DNA of 60,320 nucleotides, filler included, from Thelocarpon superellum (Eukaryota), in the NCBI GenBank assembly GCA_026025795.1. It is 3 parts of 3 records of this genome, joined end to end, with 100 filler letters (N's around TTAATTAATTAA, not from the genome) between each part and the next. Parts side by side here need not be neighbours in the genome. Positions count along the whole stretch, not along the records: positions 1 to 20,110 come from JAPEUG010000333.1; positions 20,211 to 40,224 come from JAPEUG010000334.1; 1 more part is not named here. The stretch is one strand, 5' to 3'. The notes under the pieces were generated by a model, which made no database searches, was not told where the DNA came from, and was given only the letters and a program-made list of their open reading frames with translations. Positions within the stretch are counted from its first letter, which is position 1, and every line of letters begins with the position of its first letter. Position numbers and translations under genes: made by a program. Shown in pieces: positions 12,759-24,009 of the stretch.

Positions 12759-13023
12759 CCCCGTCGAGTGGCACTGTGGGATGTGGGGAGGCGGGGAGAT
12801 GGACGAGGGCGGAGGACGGGCAACTGGCGGGAATTGGCGGAGCTGTTGGGCGTCGCGCAGGATTTGGGTGAGGAGCGGAAACTTTTGCCGGGCGCGACGG
12901 AGAATGATGGCATACGGGGCGGATCAACCTTCCTGTCTCGAATATGAAGGTCAGGTCGAGGGCGTAGAGCGGACATGTAACGATGAATGAAGGTGCCTCA
13001 CTTCCAATAGACAGAAAGGTCTC

Positions 13024-14024
13024 ATGTCAGTACTCTGGCGAAGCTGCCCGCGCCGCGGCCGGCGACCATTGACCCGGTCATTATGTGTCGAGACGCCGGG
13101 GTCCCCTTCTCGAGTTCCCGCTACACGGTGGTTGTCCCAGTCGAGCTGGTTCCAGCAGGCATCCAAGAAGACGCATCAAGCCCGGCCTGCACCGAGAGCG
13201 ACCAAGGCCCCCACTCCGCCAGCCAGCTCGAGCATCCCGCTGCGCTCCCATGTCTCCCGTCCGCCGGCTGCCAAATATCTTTCCTACGCCGATACGCTGG
13301 CTCGCCGTCCGTCGCCCACCCTGCTGTATCGCGCGCCCTCACATACCCTGTACAAGCTCGGATCATATGGCTTTGGAGGCTTCTGCTTGAGTTACGCGGG
13401 GTACAATTTCTACGCCCATTATCTATACCCGCCTGAAGGATTGTCGCCATGGGTACCCGTCGCCTTCGGCGGCGTCTGTTTTGCCATGACGTGTGCGGGA
13501 ACGTGGCTCCTGCTCGGACCTGCACGGTAGGTTGCTTCTCGGGTCGGTCAACAAAGCAGAGCACGGCACAGGACTGACGATGACCCAGGTTGATTCGAAC
13601 CATGACGGCCATCCCGCTCACCACCACCTCTGCACCGACACTGGCGGTCCGCCTCGAGCTCCGAAGGACGTGGCCGATCCCATTTCTCCAGCCACGCACG
13701 GTGGAGGCGGCTGCGTCTGACCTGACGCTCTCTTCGCGCCTCTTCGACCCGCCCCCCGAGGCGATCCATCCGGCCGAAGCGCGAAGGCGACTGGAGCAGG
13801 AGCGCGAGTACGAGCTCAGCCACCTCCTCACCGCGCCCTTCCGCCACATGAGCTACTTCTTCTGGCGGATCTTGACGTCCCTGGGTCGGGTGTGGACCCG
13901 GGACGGCTTCGTCAAGGTCCGCATCAAGGGGAGAAATGGAGCGTGGAAGCTGGATGGGAACGGTGGATGGGCTCTGGATGGGGGCAGGGCCGTGGATCGA
14001 TTGATTCGTGTTCATAGTTTGTAG
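13024..14024 (+). CDS. Conserved fungal mitochondrial-type membrane protein (2 TM; possibly TMEM223/Mrx15-like)
   Basis: Arg/Ser-rich N-terminus, LLYRAP motif, two hydrophobic segments followed by RLIRTMTAI. Intron 13527-13588 (gtaggt..ctgac..cag) joins the two ORFs in frame. The family label is inference. Confidence 0.7.
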
Positions 14025-14221
14025 ATAGACGAATGCCTTCGGGGTAGCACGAGCATCATCACACTTGTTCTATTCGTCCCTTTCTTCATTGTCTGCCAAT
14101 CTATCAATGCGGTTCCATCTATCCCAATTCATCGCGTGCGGTTCCATCTGAAATCCAAGAAGTGGCGTGAGAGAGTGGCCAAGAATCGTTCGGCGTCCTC
14201 CAACCTCTCCAAGCGCGGCGT

Positions 14222-15091
14222 TCACCGACACTTCACCGCGCCAAGCTCACGATTCATCATGATCATGAGCTCCAACATATTCTGATCGGCTCCAGTATAG
14301 ATCGTCCCCTGCCGCAAGGGGCCATGACCCCTGCCCCGAGATTGCTGCCGATACCGGCGAGGAGCCGACAGAGACGGGGCCGGAGGTGGTGGGGGCCGAG
14401 GCGGAGGCGGAGGCGGAGGCGGAGGCGCGGGCGCGGGCGCGGACGGGGCCGGAATTTCATCCCCATGCACATCCGGCGGGGACCAGGAATCTTTAGGTTT
14501 AGTCTGGGGCGGCGCTTGATCTCCATGCTGATACGGCGGGGTCAGGGGCATGGGCGACTCTTGATCCTTGGGCTGATATGGCGGGGCAACGGGGGACAGC
14601 TGAGAGCTGGGCCGATAAACCGGGGCATTGGGGGACAGCTGAGACTTTGTCGGAGACTGCGGGGCCGAGGGGGACTTCTTATTCTCGGTCCGAGCCGGCG
14701 GGGCGATGGGGGACGGCTGATCCTCGTCCGGAAGGAATGAGGCGACGGGGCCCACCGGATCCTCGTCCCAAAGATATCGCATATCCTTGAGCGTCAGCTT
14801 GGACACGATCGGACCTCGCGGGGCGTGCTCCGGTTGCTGAAACCAGAGCGTCTTTTCCGGGGCCGGGGGCGACGGTGGGTGGTCGTCGTTGTGGGGGCTC
14901 TCCCCGTTGATCGAGGGCGTCGTCGCACCAAGTTTGGGAGCGTCGTTCCATGGGGTGTACAACGGGTCGTTGACGGGTCGGAGGCAGGGGCTATCCACGG
15001 TAAGGTTGCGTGGGCAATGGGCAGGCATCATCAGGTCGCGCCGCGAACGAGGCGCGGGGAGGAAGGAGGTTGTGGCGTCAATGAGAGCCAT
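14222..15091 (-). CDS. Proline-rich orphan protein (289 aa) with two PAM2-like repeats
   Basis: Single ATG-initiated ORF, TATAAAA about 140 nt upstream, internal duplication, polyproline tract. Confidence 0.55.
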   Translation of the reverse strand: MALIDATTSFLPAPRSRRDLMMPAHCPRNLTVDSPCLRPVNDPLYTPWNDAPKLGATTPSINGESPHNDDHPPSPPAPEKTLWFQQPEHAPRGPIVSKLTLKDMRYLWDEDPVGPVASFLPDEDQPSPIAPPARTENKKSPSAPQSPTKSQLSPNAPVYRPSSQLSPVAPPYQPKDQESPMPLTPPYQHGDQAPPQTKPKDSWSPPDVHGDEIPAPSAPAPAPPPPPPPPPRPPPPPAPSLSAPRRYRQQSRGRGHGPLRQGTIYTGADQNMLELMIMMNRELGAVKCR

Positions 15092-15228
15092 GGCAGATGA
15101 GATGCTCAGACACCGTTCGAGTGGGACAATGCAGACAAGGTGCTGACTTCAAGGGTCTGCACGACTAGGGAGGAGGGCGGAAAGTAGATACAGAGGCAAG
15201 AGAGATCGGGGCGTCCGGGGCAGGTACC

Positions 15229-15235
15229 TTTTATA
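15229..15235 (-). promoter_or_regulatory. TATA box (TATAAAA) upstream of the proline-rich orphan gene
   Basis: The + strand TTTTATA reads TATAAAA on the minus strand, followed by a pyrimidine-rich leader before ATG 15091. Confidence 0.5.
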
Positions 15236-15824
15236 GTCGGGTGGGCAGGGGTTTCCCCCCTATCTGCGTCGTACTTGCCCATCCTGGGATGCAACGTACT
15301 TGTCTGTTCTCAGGTGCATCGCACGGGAGCCTTGTGGGATGTGTCGTACTTGTCCTTTCTAAGAGGAATCTGGAGGCCGGATCGAGTTCGCCGGTGTGAA
15401 GGAGGTAAGCGCGGCCCTCGTCATGGCGGATGTTCAACCTATCTGCCTGGTGCGTTTCTTTCTCCCATCAAGCTCGGGCATCGTATAGGAGTGGGGGGCT
15501 CAATCCACCGGTAAAGAGTGAGTCGTGTCGCTTGAACGAGGAAAGTACGAAGATAGTGGGACATTTTGGAACTTTGACGATTTGGACGAGCACTGGAGTG
15601 ATGGAGAAGCGTGAAGAAGGCCACTGCACAGGGAGTTCGGCAGGCCATCCTGCGCCTAGGGTATTTCTAGGCACGACCAAAACTCGCCGTCTCCAGCTAG
15701 ACCGAGGCATGAAAAGTCACCGCCACCGCTGAGGCTTCAGCCCCGCCCTATCTCAATCATCGCGAGATGATACTGGTGGATCATAGAGCGTGTCCCAGCG
15801 CATCGCCCTCCTGTACCATCACAA

Positions 15825-15928
15825 CCATCAAGCCATCAAGCCATCAAGCCATCAAGCCATCAAGCCATCAAGCCATCAAGCCATCAAGCCATCAAGCCAT
15901 CAAGCCATCAAGCCATCAGGCCATCAAG
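15825..15928. repeat. Tandem 8-mer repeat (CCATCAAG)x13, one unit CCATCAGG
   Basis: 104 nt read directly; lies immediately 3' of the SMC1 stop codon. Confidence 0.95.
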
Positions 15929-15934
15929 CTGTCG

Positions 15935-18900
15935 TCACTTGTACTTTCGTAGCTGCGGCACGGTCAGCATCAAGGCCTTCGACGCCCCCCACGTCGGGCC
16001 GTCACTCACATCTAGCGTCAACGCTTTGCTCGAGTTGGCGCTCTGGTCTCGGTAGATGCCGACCAGCGCCTCACTGTTCTGAAAAAGCCCGGTCTTTAAC
16101 GAGATGACGATGAACTGCATGCCGGGGCCGGCGTGATCCCGAATGTAGTTGGCGATCTTGCCAACGTTAGCGTTGTCGAGCGCCGCGTCAACCTCGTCCA
16201 GCACGAAGAAAGGAGACGGCTGGTAGCTGTGCACCGCGAAGAGCAGCGCCAGCGCCGCCATCGTCTTCTCTCCGCCCGACAGATGCTCCATGTCCCGGAA
16301 GCGTTTGAGCGGTGGCATGGCGTGGTATTTGATTCCATCTAGGTACGGCTCGTCCGAGTCCTCCATGTCCAGGTACCTGGATGCGGCAGCGTTAGTGCCG
16401 AGGTCCGATCGCCCGGATAGGGGGACACCTACGCCGAGCCACCGAGCGGCAGATTCGGACCTTTCGTGAGATCCTTGTAAACTTGCCCAATCTGCTCCGA
16501 GATATGGGAGAAGGCCTTGTTGAAGAGCTCGAAGCGCTGCTCCTTGACCGCCTGGAAGTCGTCCTTGGCCTTTTTCGCTGCCCGCCGGGCCTCCTCGAAG
16601 TCCTTCTCCGTGCTCTTCAGCCGACTCTCGACGCCCTCGAGCCGCTCAATCGCCCGCATGTTGGGCGCCATCTTGTCCAGCTCGCTCGTGAGCGTAGCCA
16701 CTCGGTCCTGCAAGTCCTCGTCCCGGCCTTCGTCGGCTCCCTGCGCGTCCGGGGGTTAGCGAGGCAGGAGCGTTCCGCACACGCGTGAGACTAACCTCTC
16801 TCAGCTCCTCATCGAGGCCGTCAAAGTCCACCTCGATGCCGTAGTCGGGAACAGTGGGGGCCTGCACAGCGCTGGAGGAGGGATCCTCATCGACATCCAT
16901 CTCGTCTGGATCATCTGCCGCAAGCAGCTCGTCGATCGGGAGCTTATCCAGCTCGGCCGAGCCGTCGGCCAGCGGCAGATCGATCTCCTCGAGCTTGCAT
17001 CGACGCAAGAGGGCATATCGACCCGCGGCTGTGCGCTGAATCTCCGCCTCGAGCCCGGCAACGGCCTTCAGCGTACCCTCCACCTCCTTTTGCCGCGTTT
17101 GGACCTCACGCCGCTGCTCCGCCACCTTCTCCACCTTGGCGGCGTACTTGCCCTGCAGCGATTCCAGCTGCTCTTGGAGCTGCTTGATCTCGGCCTCGAT
17201 CACCTGCCGCGCCTCTTGGATCGTCTCTTTCTCTTGCTGCAACGCGTCCATCATGGCCTCGTCGCGCGCCGCCTTCTCCTCCAGCCGCTTGATACGCTCC
17301 TGGGTGGACTGCAGACGCTGCGTCTCGAAGCTGAGCTGGTTCTCGAGCTTGCTCTTCTGCATCGTGAACTCGAGTTTGCGCTGGGCCGCCTCCTGTTGCC
17401 GCGAGCCCTGCTGCGCTTCATACTCGCGGATGTCATGATACGCCAGACGTCGGCAGAAGTCGGCGAAGACGTCATCCTCAACCTTACGGATGGCACCCTG
17501 GAAGTGCGCGAGACTGTCGTTGAGCCGCTGGAACTGACGCGTCTTCTCCTCATACGTCGGCTGCAGCTCTTTCAGCTGGCGGCGGTGGAACTGCAGTTCC
17601 TTGTCCTTGCTCGCCAGGTTCCGCTCGAGCGCCTTGAGCTCGTCCGTGGCATAGCTCAGGCGTTGCTCAAGGCCGGCGAGCTCGCCCTGGATCGTCTCCT
17701 CCGCGGTACCGCGTCGGTGGCTCTTGGGCAGGGCGGCGAGGTCGGCCATCAGCTTGTCCTTCATCTTGCGGAGGTTCTCCACCTCGGCGTCCTCCCAGCG
17801 TCGCGCATGCTGTTGCCCGGGACCGCGGCCGCCGGTCATGAGACCGCCTCGGTGGATGATGGTGCCGTCGAGCGTGACGGCTTTGGCCTCGACGCTCTTA
17901 TCATAGCAGAGATACTTGGCCGTCGCCAGATCGTCGCAGACCATGGCGTTCCCGCAGGCGTACGACATGGCCCGCTCCAGCGCGTGGTCGTACTCAATCG
18001 TGTCGATGGCCATGCGCATCTTGGGGTGCATGCCCTTGAGGTTGGCGTTCACCGCCTTCACCTGGATGGTGTCGAGCGGAATGAAGGTGGCCTGGCCGGT
18101 GCGCTGATCACGCAGGTACTGGATGCAGTCCTTGGCCGTCTTCTCGTTGTCGACTACGATGGCGTCAAAGTTTCGTCCCAGCACCGTGCTGACGGCCTCG
18201 CCGTACTTCTTGAGCTTGGGCTTGCACAGCTCGCTGACCCGTCCACGCACGCCGGGGAAGATGCGCTTCAAGGCGACGACGGTGTCGCGCGTGCGGATCT
18301 CGCGCTCCGTCTGGCGACGGCCGTCGTCGGCCTCGAGCAAGGTGCGGAGCACCTCCTGCAGCTTCTCATCCAGCTCCGTCTGCTTCTGCGCCGTGCGCAA
18401 TCGCTCCGAGGTGAAGGCGTGCACCTCCTTTTTCTTCTCGGCGATGTCGTGCGAGGTCTGCTTGACCTGCTGGGCCATGGTCTGCTTCCGCTCGGTCAAG
18501 GCGCGCATGTCCTCCTCGAGCTTCTGCACCTGCCACTGCGTCGCGTCATACTTGCTCTGGAGACTCTGCACCGTCTCTTCATCCGTCTTGCGCTGGCGCG
18601 TCAGCGCGTCGAGCTTGGTCTGGTCGGCGGACGTGCGGGTATTGACTTGCTCGCGCAGCTTGCCATACGCCTGCAGATCGCTCTCGCTGAGCTGACGGCC
18701 GTCCTGCTGATCCGTCTTCCGACGGTCCGCCTCCCACTGGTCCTGGGCCTTGGCGACGACGGCGAGATCCTTCTTTAGCCGGTGGGCATTGCTCGACTGC
18801 GCGTCTCGTTCCTTGGCGATCTCGGCGATCTTGTCGGCATAGGCCGCGACATTCTTGCCGGTGAGGCCAATCTTCTCGTCGAGCGGGAGGATGGCATGCT

Positions 18901-20034
18901 CTTGGTCCTCCATCTCCTTTTCCTTGGTCTTGATGGCGCGCTCGACCTTGCCGAGCTCGCGGCCCACGCGGGCCTGCTCGCGTCGGGCCTCCTCCAAGGC
19001 GCGATCATATTTCTCTACGCCCCGGCGATACTCCTTCAGCTCCTCCTGATGGCGCAGGATCTCGGCAGTGGAGCTCTCGACGGTGCGCTGAAAATGGAAC
19101 AACTTCCACAAGATGTGGGTGACGATGGCATGGTCGCGCTCCTCGGCCTTCCGGGCGTAATTGTCCGCCTCCCGCTTCTGCTCCTGGTACAGCTTGCTCT
19201 CGGCATTGATGCCGCGACGGCGGTTCAGACTGTAGTTCTGGGTCTCGGCCGCCTGCTCGGCGGCGTCCTTAAGCCGTTCATACTCCGCCTTGTACTCGAG
19301 GCTGCCGGAGATCTGCTCGATGAGCCGGGTCAGGTCCCTGGGGGACTGGGACGCGATGGCCTCCACATCGCCTTGGAAGACGAGGAAGTTGCGGGCCTTG
19401 ATCAGGATGTTCTCCGCCTCAAGCGCGTCATTGTAGTGCTGGGCGGTGACGACGCGATTGTTGATGCGGTATTCGCTAACCCCTTGGCTGGTGATGGTAC
19501 GCTTCCACAGCTGTTGGTCGCCCGCGTCATCCTCATAGACGGCCATGACCCAGGCGCTCTTGGGGTCATGGCGCTCCGAGTGACTGCGCTGAGTGTTATC
19601 CTCGTCCGAGCCCGGCTCCGCGCCGTCGGCGTGGCCATTGACGTCGCCATTAGCGGCAGGAGCTGTGGCGGAGCCGTCGCCGTTGATCGTCGAGGTCCGG
19701 AGCACGCGGCCGCGGTAGACGAGGTCACGTAGATGGGAGGATCGTAGGTGGGAGGACTTGATGCCAAGGACGAAGGAGATGGCGTCCATGCTGGGTCAGG
19801 GTTAGCCCCCGTATCCATCGGGGAGGTGGAAGACGCACGAATTCGACTTGCCCGAGCCATTGGGCCCGATGATGGAGGTGAAGAAGGAATCGCCAAAGAG
19901 GAGAGTGTGGTGTCCCTTGTACGACTTGAAATCTGCATCGTAGACGTCAATAGGAGCCTGGGGACGAAGCTCTCCGCTCGTCGTCAGGCGTAGGAGCACT
20001 CACTGAAGAGCTCGAGGCGGATAAGCTTGCCCAT
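15935..20034 (-). CDS. SMC1: Cohesin subunit Smc1
   Basis: MGKLIRLELFN|FKSYKG, Walker A GPNGSGKSNS, hinge (FPGVRGRVSELC..AVTLDGTIIHRGGLMTGG), signature LSGGEK and Walker B FFVLDEVDAALD; 6 exons. Confidence 0.97.
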
Positions 20035-20110
20035 GATGGCGAGGGGCCGGCAGTGTTGCCGCTCACTACACTGCAAGGGACGCAACGGACGTTGAGGATT
20101 GAACGCGCGA

Positions 20111-20210
20111 NNNNNNNNNNNNNNNNNNNNNNNNNNNNNNNNNNNNNNNNNNNNTTAATTAATTAANNNNNNNNNNNNNNNNNNNNNNNNNNNNNNNNNN
20201 NNNNNNNNNN
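20111..20210. other. Artificial contig linker (44 N + TTAATTAATTAA + 44 N)
   Basis: Exactly 100 nt with a palindromic six-frame stop core; identical to the linker at 40225. Confidence 0.97.
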
Positions 20211-21007
20211 TTTGCGGCCGTCCAGGCTAAGCACTGGCGGGGGGGAAACGTCTGACGACAGTTGTAAGAGTACACGTCCAGTCAGATTGCGGATTACCTG
20301 GGCCGACCGCGCGGTCGTCCCTGATCCAATCTGCATGAGCGGGCACAAGCGGGACATATGGTGGTCGAAGGCATTGAAACCCAAGCTGGGCCGCGGCACC
20401 AAGCATCAGCACAGTGAGAGGGTAACCCGGACAGGTTCCATGTTGCCGCCGCAGTACAATCTAGCCATGCTGGCACGCTGGCCGCGTGCCGGGCGGCCCC
20501 ACCCCGAACGCCTCTTCGTCGAAGCGTCCGAGCAAGCACCACATTGGTCGGCGGTCGGGGAATGACTGGTCGACCGTGCGCACGTCCTCGTCCGTTGGAG
20601 GACCGAGGCCCTGAGGGCAGGCTATTCGAAGTTTGACTCACCGCAGATGCTCGGCCCTTGCCTGGCTCCACCTCGCCATTGGTAGCGGGCACGGTGCTGC
20701 ACGCTCTCTACCCGAGGATCTGGGAAGGGGTTGCACAACATGGGCACGGTAGTCATGTACGAGCGATCCAGAGCTTTCGCTTCTCCACTGAGGCCGCCCG
20801 CCCCTTGAGACCGTCCAGGCTCAGCCGTGAGAGCACACTCGGAGGACAACTGCGCCGTCGTCACTCCTTGCACCACCCAGTCACGCCGGGAAGCGATGTA
20901 TGTGATGCGGCCAGGGGACCGTGTTGATGCGTGCAGAAAGGCGAGGGACCTTGAACGCCGACGAGGCTGAAGCCCTCGCTTCTTACCTCCTTGATCTCGG
21001 GACAGCG

Positions 21008-22937
21008 TCACAGCTTCTCGAGGTTGATGCGTGGCCCATGGTAGTGTCGGCGGGCGTGCAGCCACCAGTTGACGAGGGTGAAGATGGCCATGCCTCCGAG
21101 CACCGCACAGGTATAATCTACCGGGAGACGGACAAAGAGCGGTCAGACCCATCTCCGCTACATGTGGAGGGGGCGAGAGAGACTCACTCATGTTCGAGGA
21201 GGTGGCCGGAAGGGAGACGGGCAGGCTGTAGATGACCAATGACAGCATGGCCCAGCCCACGGTCACCGCGTTCGCTACCCATCCGAAGGCGCCCAGATTG
21301 AAGCGACCTTTCGGGGGTAGGAATCGGGGGTGGCGACGTTGCCACATGAGCAACGCAGCGGGGAAGGCATAAGAGAGCTGTTGTAACACGAGTGTTGTGC
21401 CTACGATGGCATTGAAGGCTACGTGGCGAGGCCGGGTCAGCCATATGGAGGAGGGAGGAGGGAGGAGGGGCCCGCAGGCTACGCCCACACGCACCTGTTG
21501 ATGATCCCAGGAAGACGCAGCCGAGGACGAAGACAACAAAGGCGTTGAACACTAGCGCCCACACCGGCACGCCGAGCTGCGGGTCGATCCGACCGATGTA
21601 GTCCGAGAAAATGAGAGCATTGTCCCGAGCAAAGGACCAGGTCAGGCGCGACGCGGTCTGCTGTGCGCCATTGAGGGCGAAGAAGCCAATCAGAATGAGC
21701 AAGACCATGAAGACGGTCGTCGCGGCGGTCGAGCGCGTCGCCTGCGACCAGATTTCCAGGATGGGCACACTATCCGACCCGTCAGCAGGCATCGGCCACA
21801 GGCGAGGCGGGTCGAATACTTCGTTGGCGTGTCCAGCACGGCCGTCGGGTCGCTGATGCAGTAGAACATGGACACCGTGAACCAGAAGGCCGACACCGAA
21901 CTGATCAGCATGACGCTCACCAGCGCCCACGGAACTGCCGTCGCGGCATTGGCGCAGTCCTCGGCCAGGTGTACGGCACCATCGATGCCGGCCAAGCCAA
22001 AGTTGGGATTGATGAGACCGGTCAGAAAGACCAGACCGTCGGACGACCAGCCCGAGTCGTTGACGAAATTCGTCCACACGTAGCTGTTCGACTGCTTCGG
22101 GTAGGCGATGGCAAGACAGGCGACGGTGATGACGAAGAACGAGGTCAGGGACAACACGACTACCACCCCTAGGTCAGCCTTCCCGTCATGAGGCCGTGGC
22201 GCCCGAGGACGAAGCCGATGTGCCAGGTCTCGAGGAGAATTACACTAACATCCTATGTCATGCGTCCAGGGGGCGCGCCGCAGCAGGAGGGTATTGTAGG
22301 CGACCACGAAGATGTTCAATCCCTGGTACATCAAGAAGACGTGCCAGCGCTGGATCGTGTACTCGGGGTGATAGTATGCAATAACGCCTACGACCTGCTG
22401 TGGGGGTATGAGCGTGACGCTAGCACAAACCGCGATCCAGCTGAAGAAATTGGTGGATCCGCATGCATAGCTCTGGCCAGGGAGGGGTCACATCAGCGCA
22501 GAACCGGATGGGTGACGCGGGCAGGGGAGTGACACCACGCACCAGATACCGACTCGCTCGCTGGGGGGAGAGGATGGCCGTCCAGTGATACTGGCCGCCG
22601 GCGGTGGGATACCGCGCGGCCATCTCGGCGAGCGACAGAGCGCTGGCACCGAGGAGGAAGAACATGACGACGAGGCCGTAGACGACATTGAGCGGGCCGC
22701 CTTGGGAGATGCCGAGGGCCAAGGTCGACGCGAGACCGGTCCAGGTGTTACAGATGTTGAAGCCCGCACAGAGGATGACGAACGCACTCAGGACCTTTGG
22801 CGGATGTTGTGTTTCGTCGATGTCAACGTCGACCCGAGGCGCTGTAGATCGGACATCAGCCTTGTCGCCAGGCCCTGCCAGGACCCATTTGCTCGTGGGG
22901 CCCCTCGTCTCGGTGACCTACGCTTCTCGTCGTCCAT
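21008..22937 (-). CDS. APC-family amino acid/choline permease (HNM1/UGA4-like)
   Basis: 7 exons. Motifs GFNICNTWTG, GGPLNVVYGL, SLAEMAARYPTAGGQYHW, GIDGAVHLAED, ASRLTWSFARDNAL, FNLGAFGWVAN, NMNY; many hydrophobic segments. Confidence 0.9.
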
Positions 22938-24009
22938 GGAGCTGACTGTTCACCACGTCAGCGCGTCCGTGGGTTACATGCAGGTCCTGCGCGGGGCGTT
23001 GACGCCGACACGACAACCTACCGATTGGCTGCTCATTGTGGCGTTCGGGCTGGAGGGTAGACATGAGGAGAGGAAGGGGGTCGTTTGGCTTGGATGCCGA
23101 CCGGGCGGGGCAGAAGCACGACCACAGGCAATCGTCGTCTGTAGCCCCGGACGCAACGGGGCGATGAGCAACAGTAAGTAGGACCCATGGGCGCGGCCAT
23201 GTCCGACACGCACGTCCCCAAAGCAGCCAGATAATCTCGTCCGTCGACTGCGCGTATTCTGACCGCGTCAGTGGGGAGGCCTCCCTCAGGATGTAAGCTC
23301 GCGGTCGCGCTAGGCAAGGGCGCACGTCGTTTCCGAACTTAACCTGCGCCCTTCAAGGATCCTTTTTCTAGGCCGACGCGGGCAGGAGCGCCGCATGCTC
23401 GCCCAGTCCAACGGTCGGTGCATTCGTCCCTCTTGGCTCAGGGAGGCCCGCAGATCCTCTCCGCCGCTAGGGGACAGGTGGGGCAGGAAAGAGCGGCTGC
23501 TACCGTAGCGCCGACCGCTGCGTCACATTCGATCTGTCCGACAGATCTAGTTGGCCGCTGAGCCACATGCTGTCTCTCGTTACCTGTACTCCCCGTCCTT
23601 CGTACATCATGAACATAAATCTAGTAGATGGGCGTGGTGCTTTCTAAGTGTAGCATCACAAATGCACATCACAATCAACAGAGAGCTGCTCCGGACCGTG
23701 TCGAAGCGACTGCCGGCTCACATTTCGGCGACGACACTCTACGGCCGCGAAGCCGGTCCGTAGACGCAGCTGCCGCCGCCGTCGCCGCCGTCGCCGTCCC
23801 GCTTCCTCTCTCGAGACGAACGGGGGCGACGTCTCCGCCGACGGACATAAAAGGCGAGCCGGGTCGGCTTGCTCGGGGTGGTGTAGCATCGCTCAACATC
23901 ATCTGCTCGGAGTCCCAATTCTACTCGGACCAGCCATCGATTCTCGCTCCTCATTAAACCCGGACTTGCTTTTACCGTCGCTTCGCCGCCCCATTGCCTA
24001 CCCAACGTG

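Noticed and set aside
15825..15928. Array considered as a CRISPR or telomeric repeat
   Set aside because: No spacers, eukaryotic context, internal position, and the unit is not TTAGGG-like.
15767..16107. ORFs with HQAIKPSS repeats
   Set aside because: Simply translations of the CCATCAAG array.
17090..19732. Long + strand ORFs of 562 and 316 aa
   Set aside because: Antisense shadows of SMC1 caused by high third-position GC; no domain signal.
6673..20034. CDH1 and SMC1 as a cell-cycle gene cluster
   Set aside because: Separated by unrelated metabolic genes; ordinary housekeeping neighbourhood.
20155..20166. TTAATTAATTAA palindrome
   Set aside because: Synthetic six-frame stop linker, not biological.
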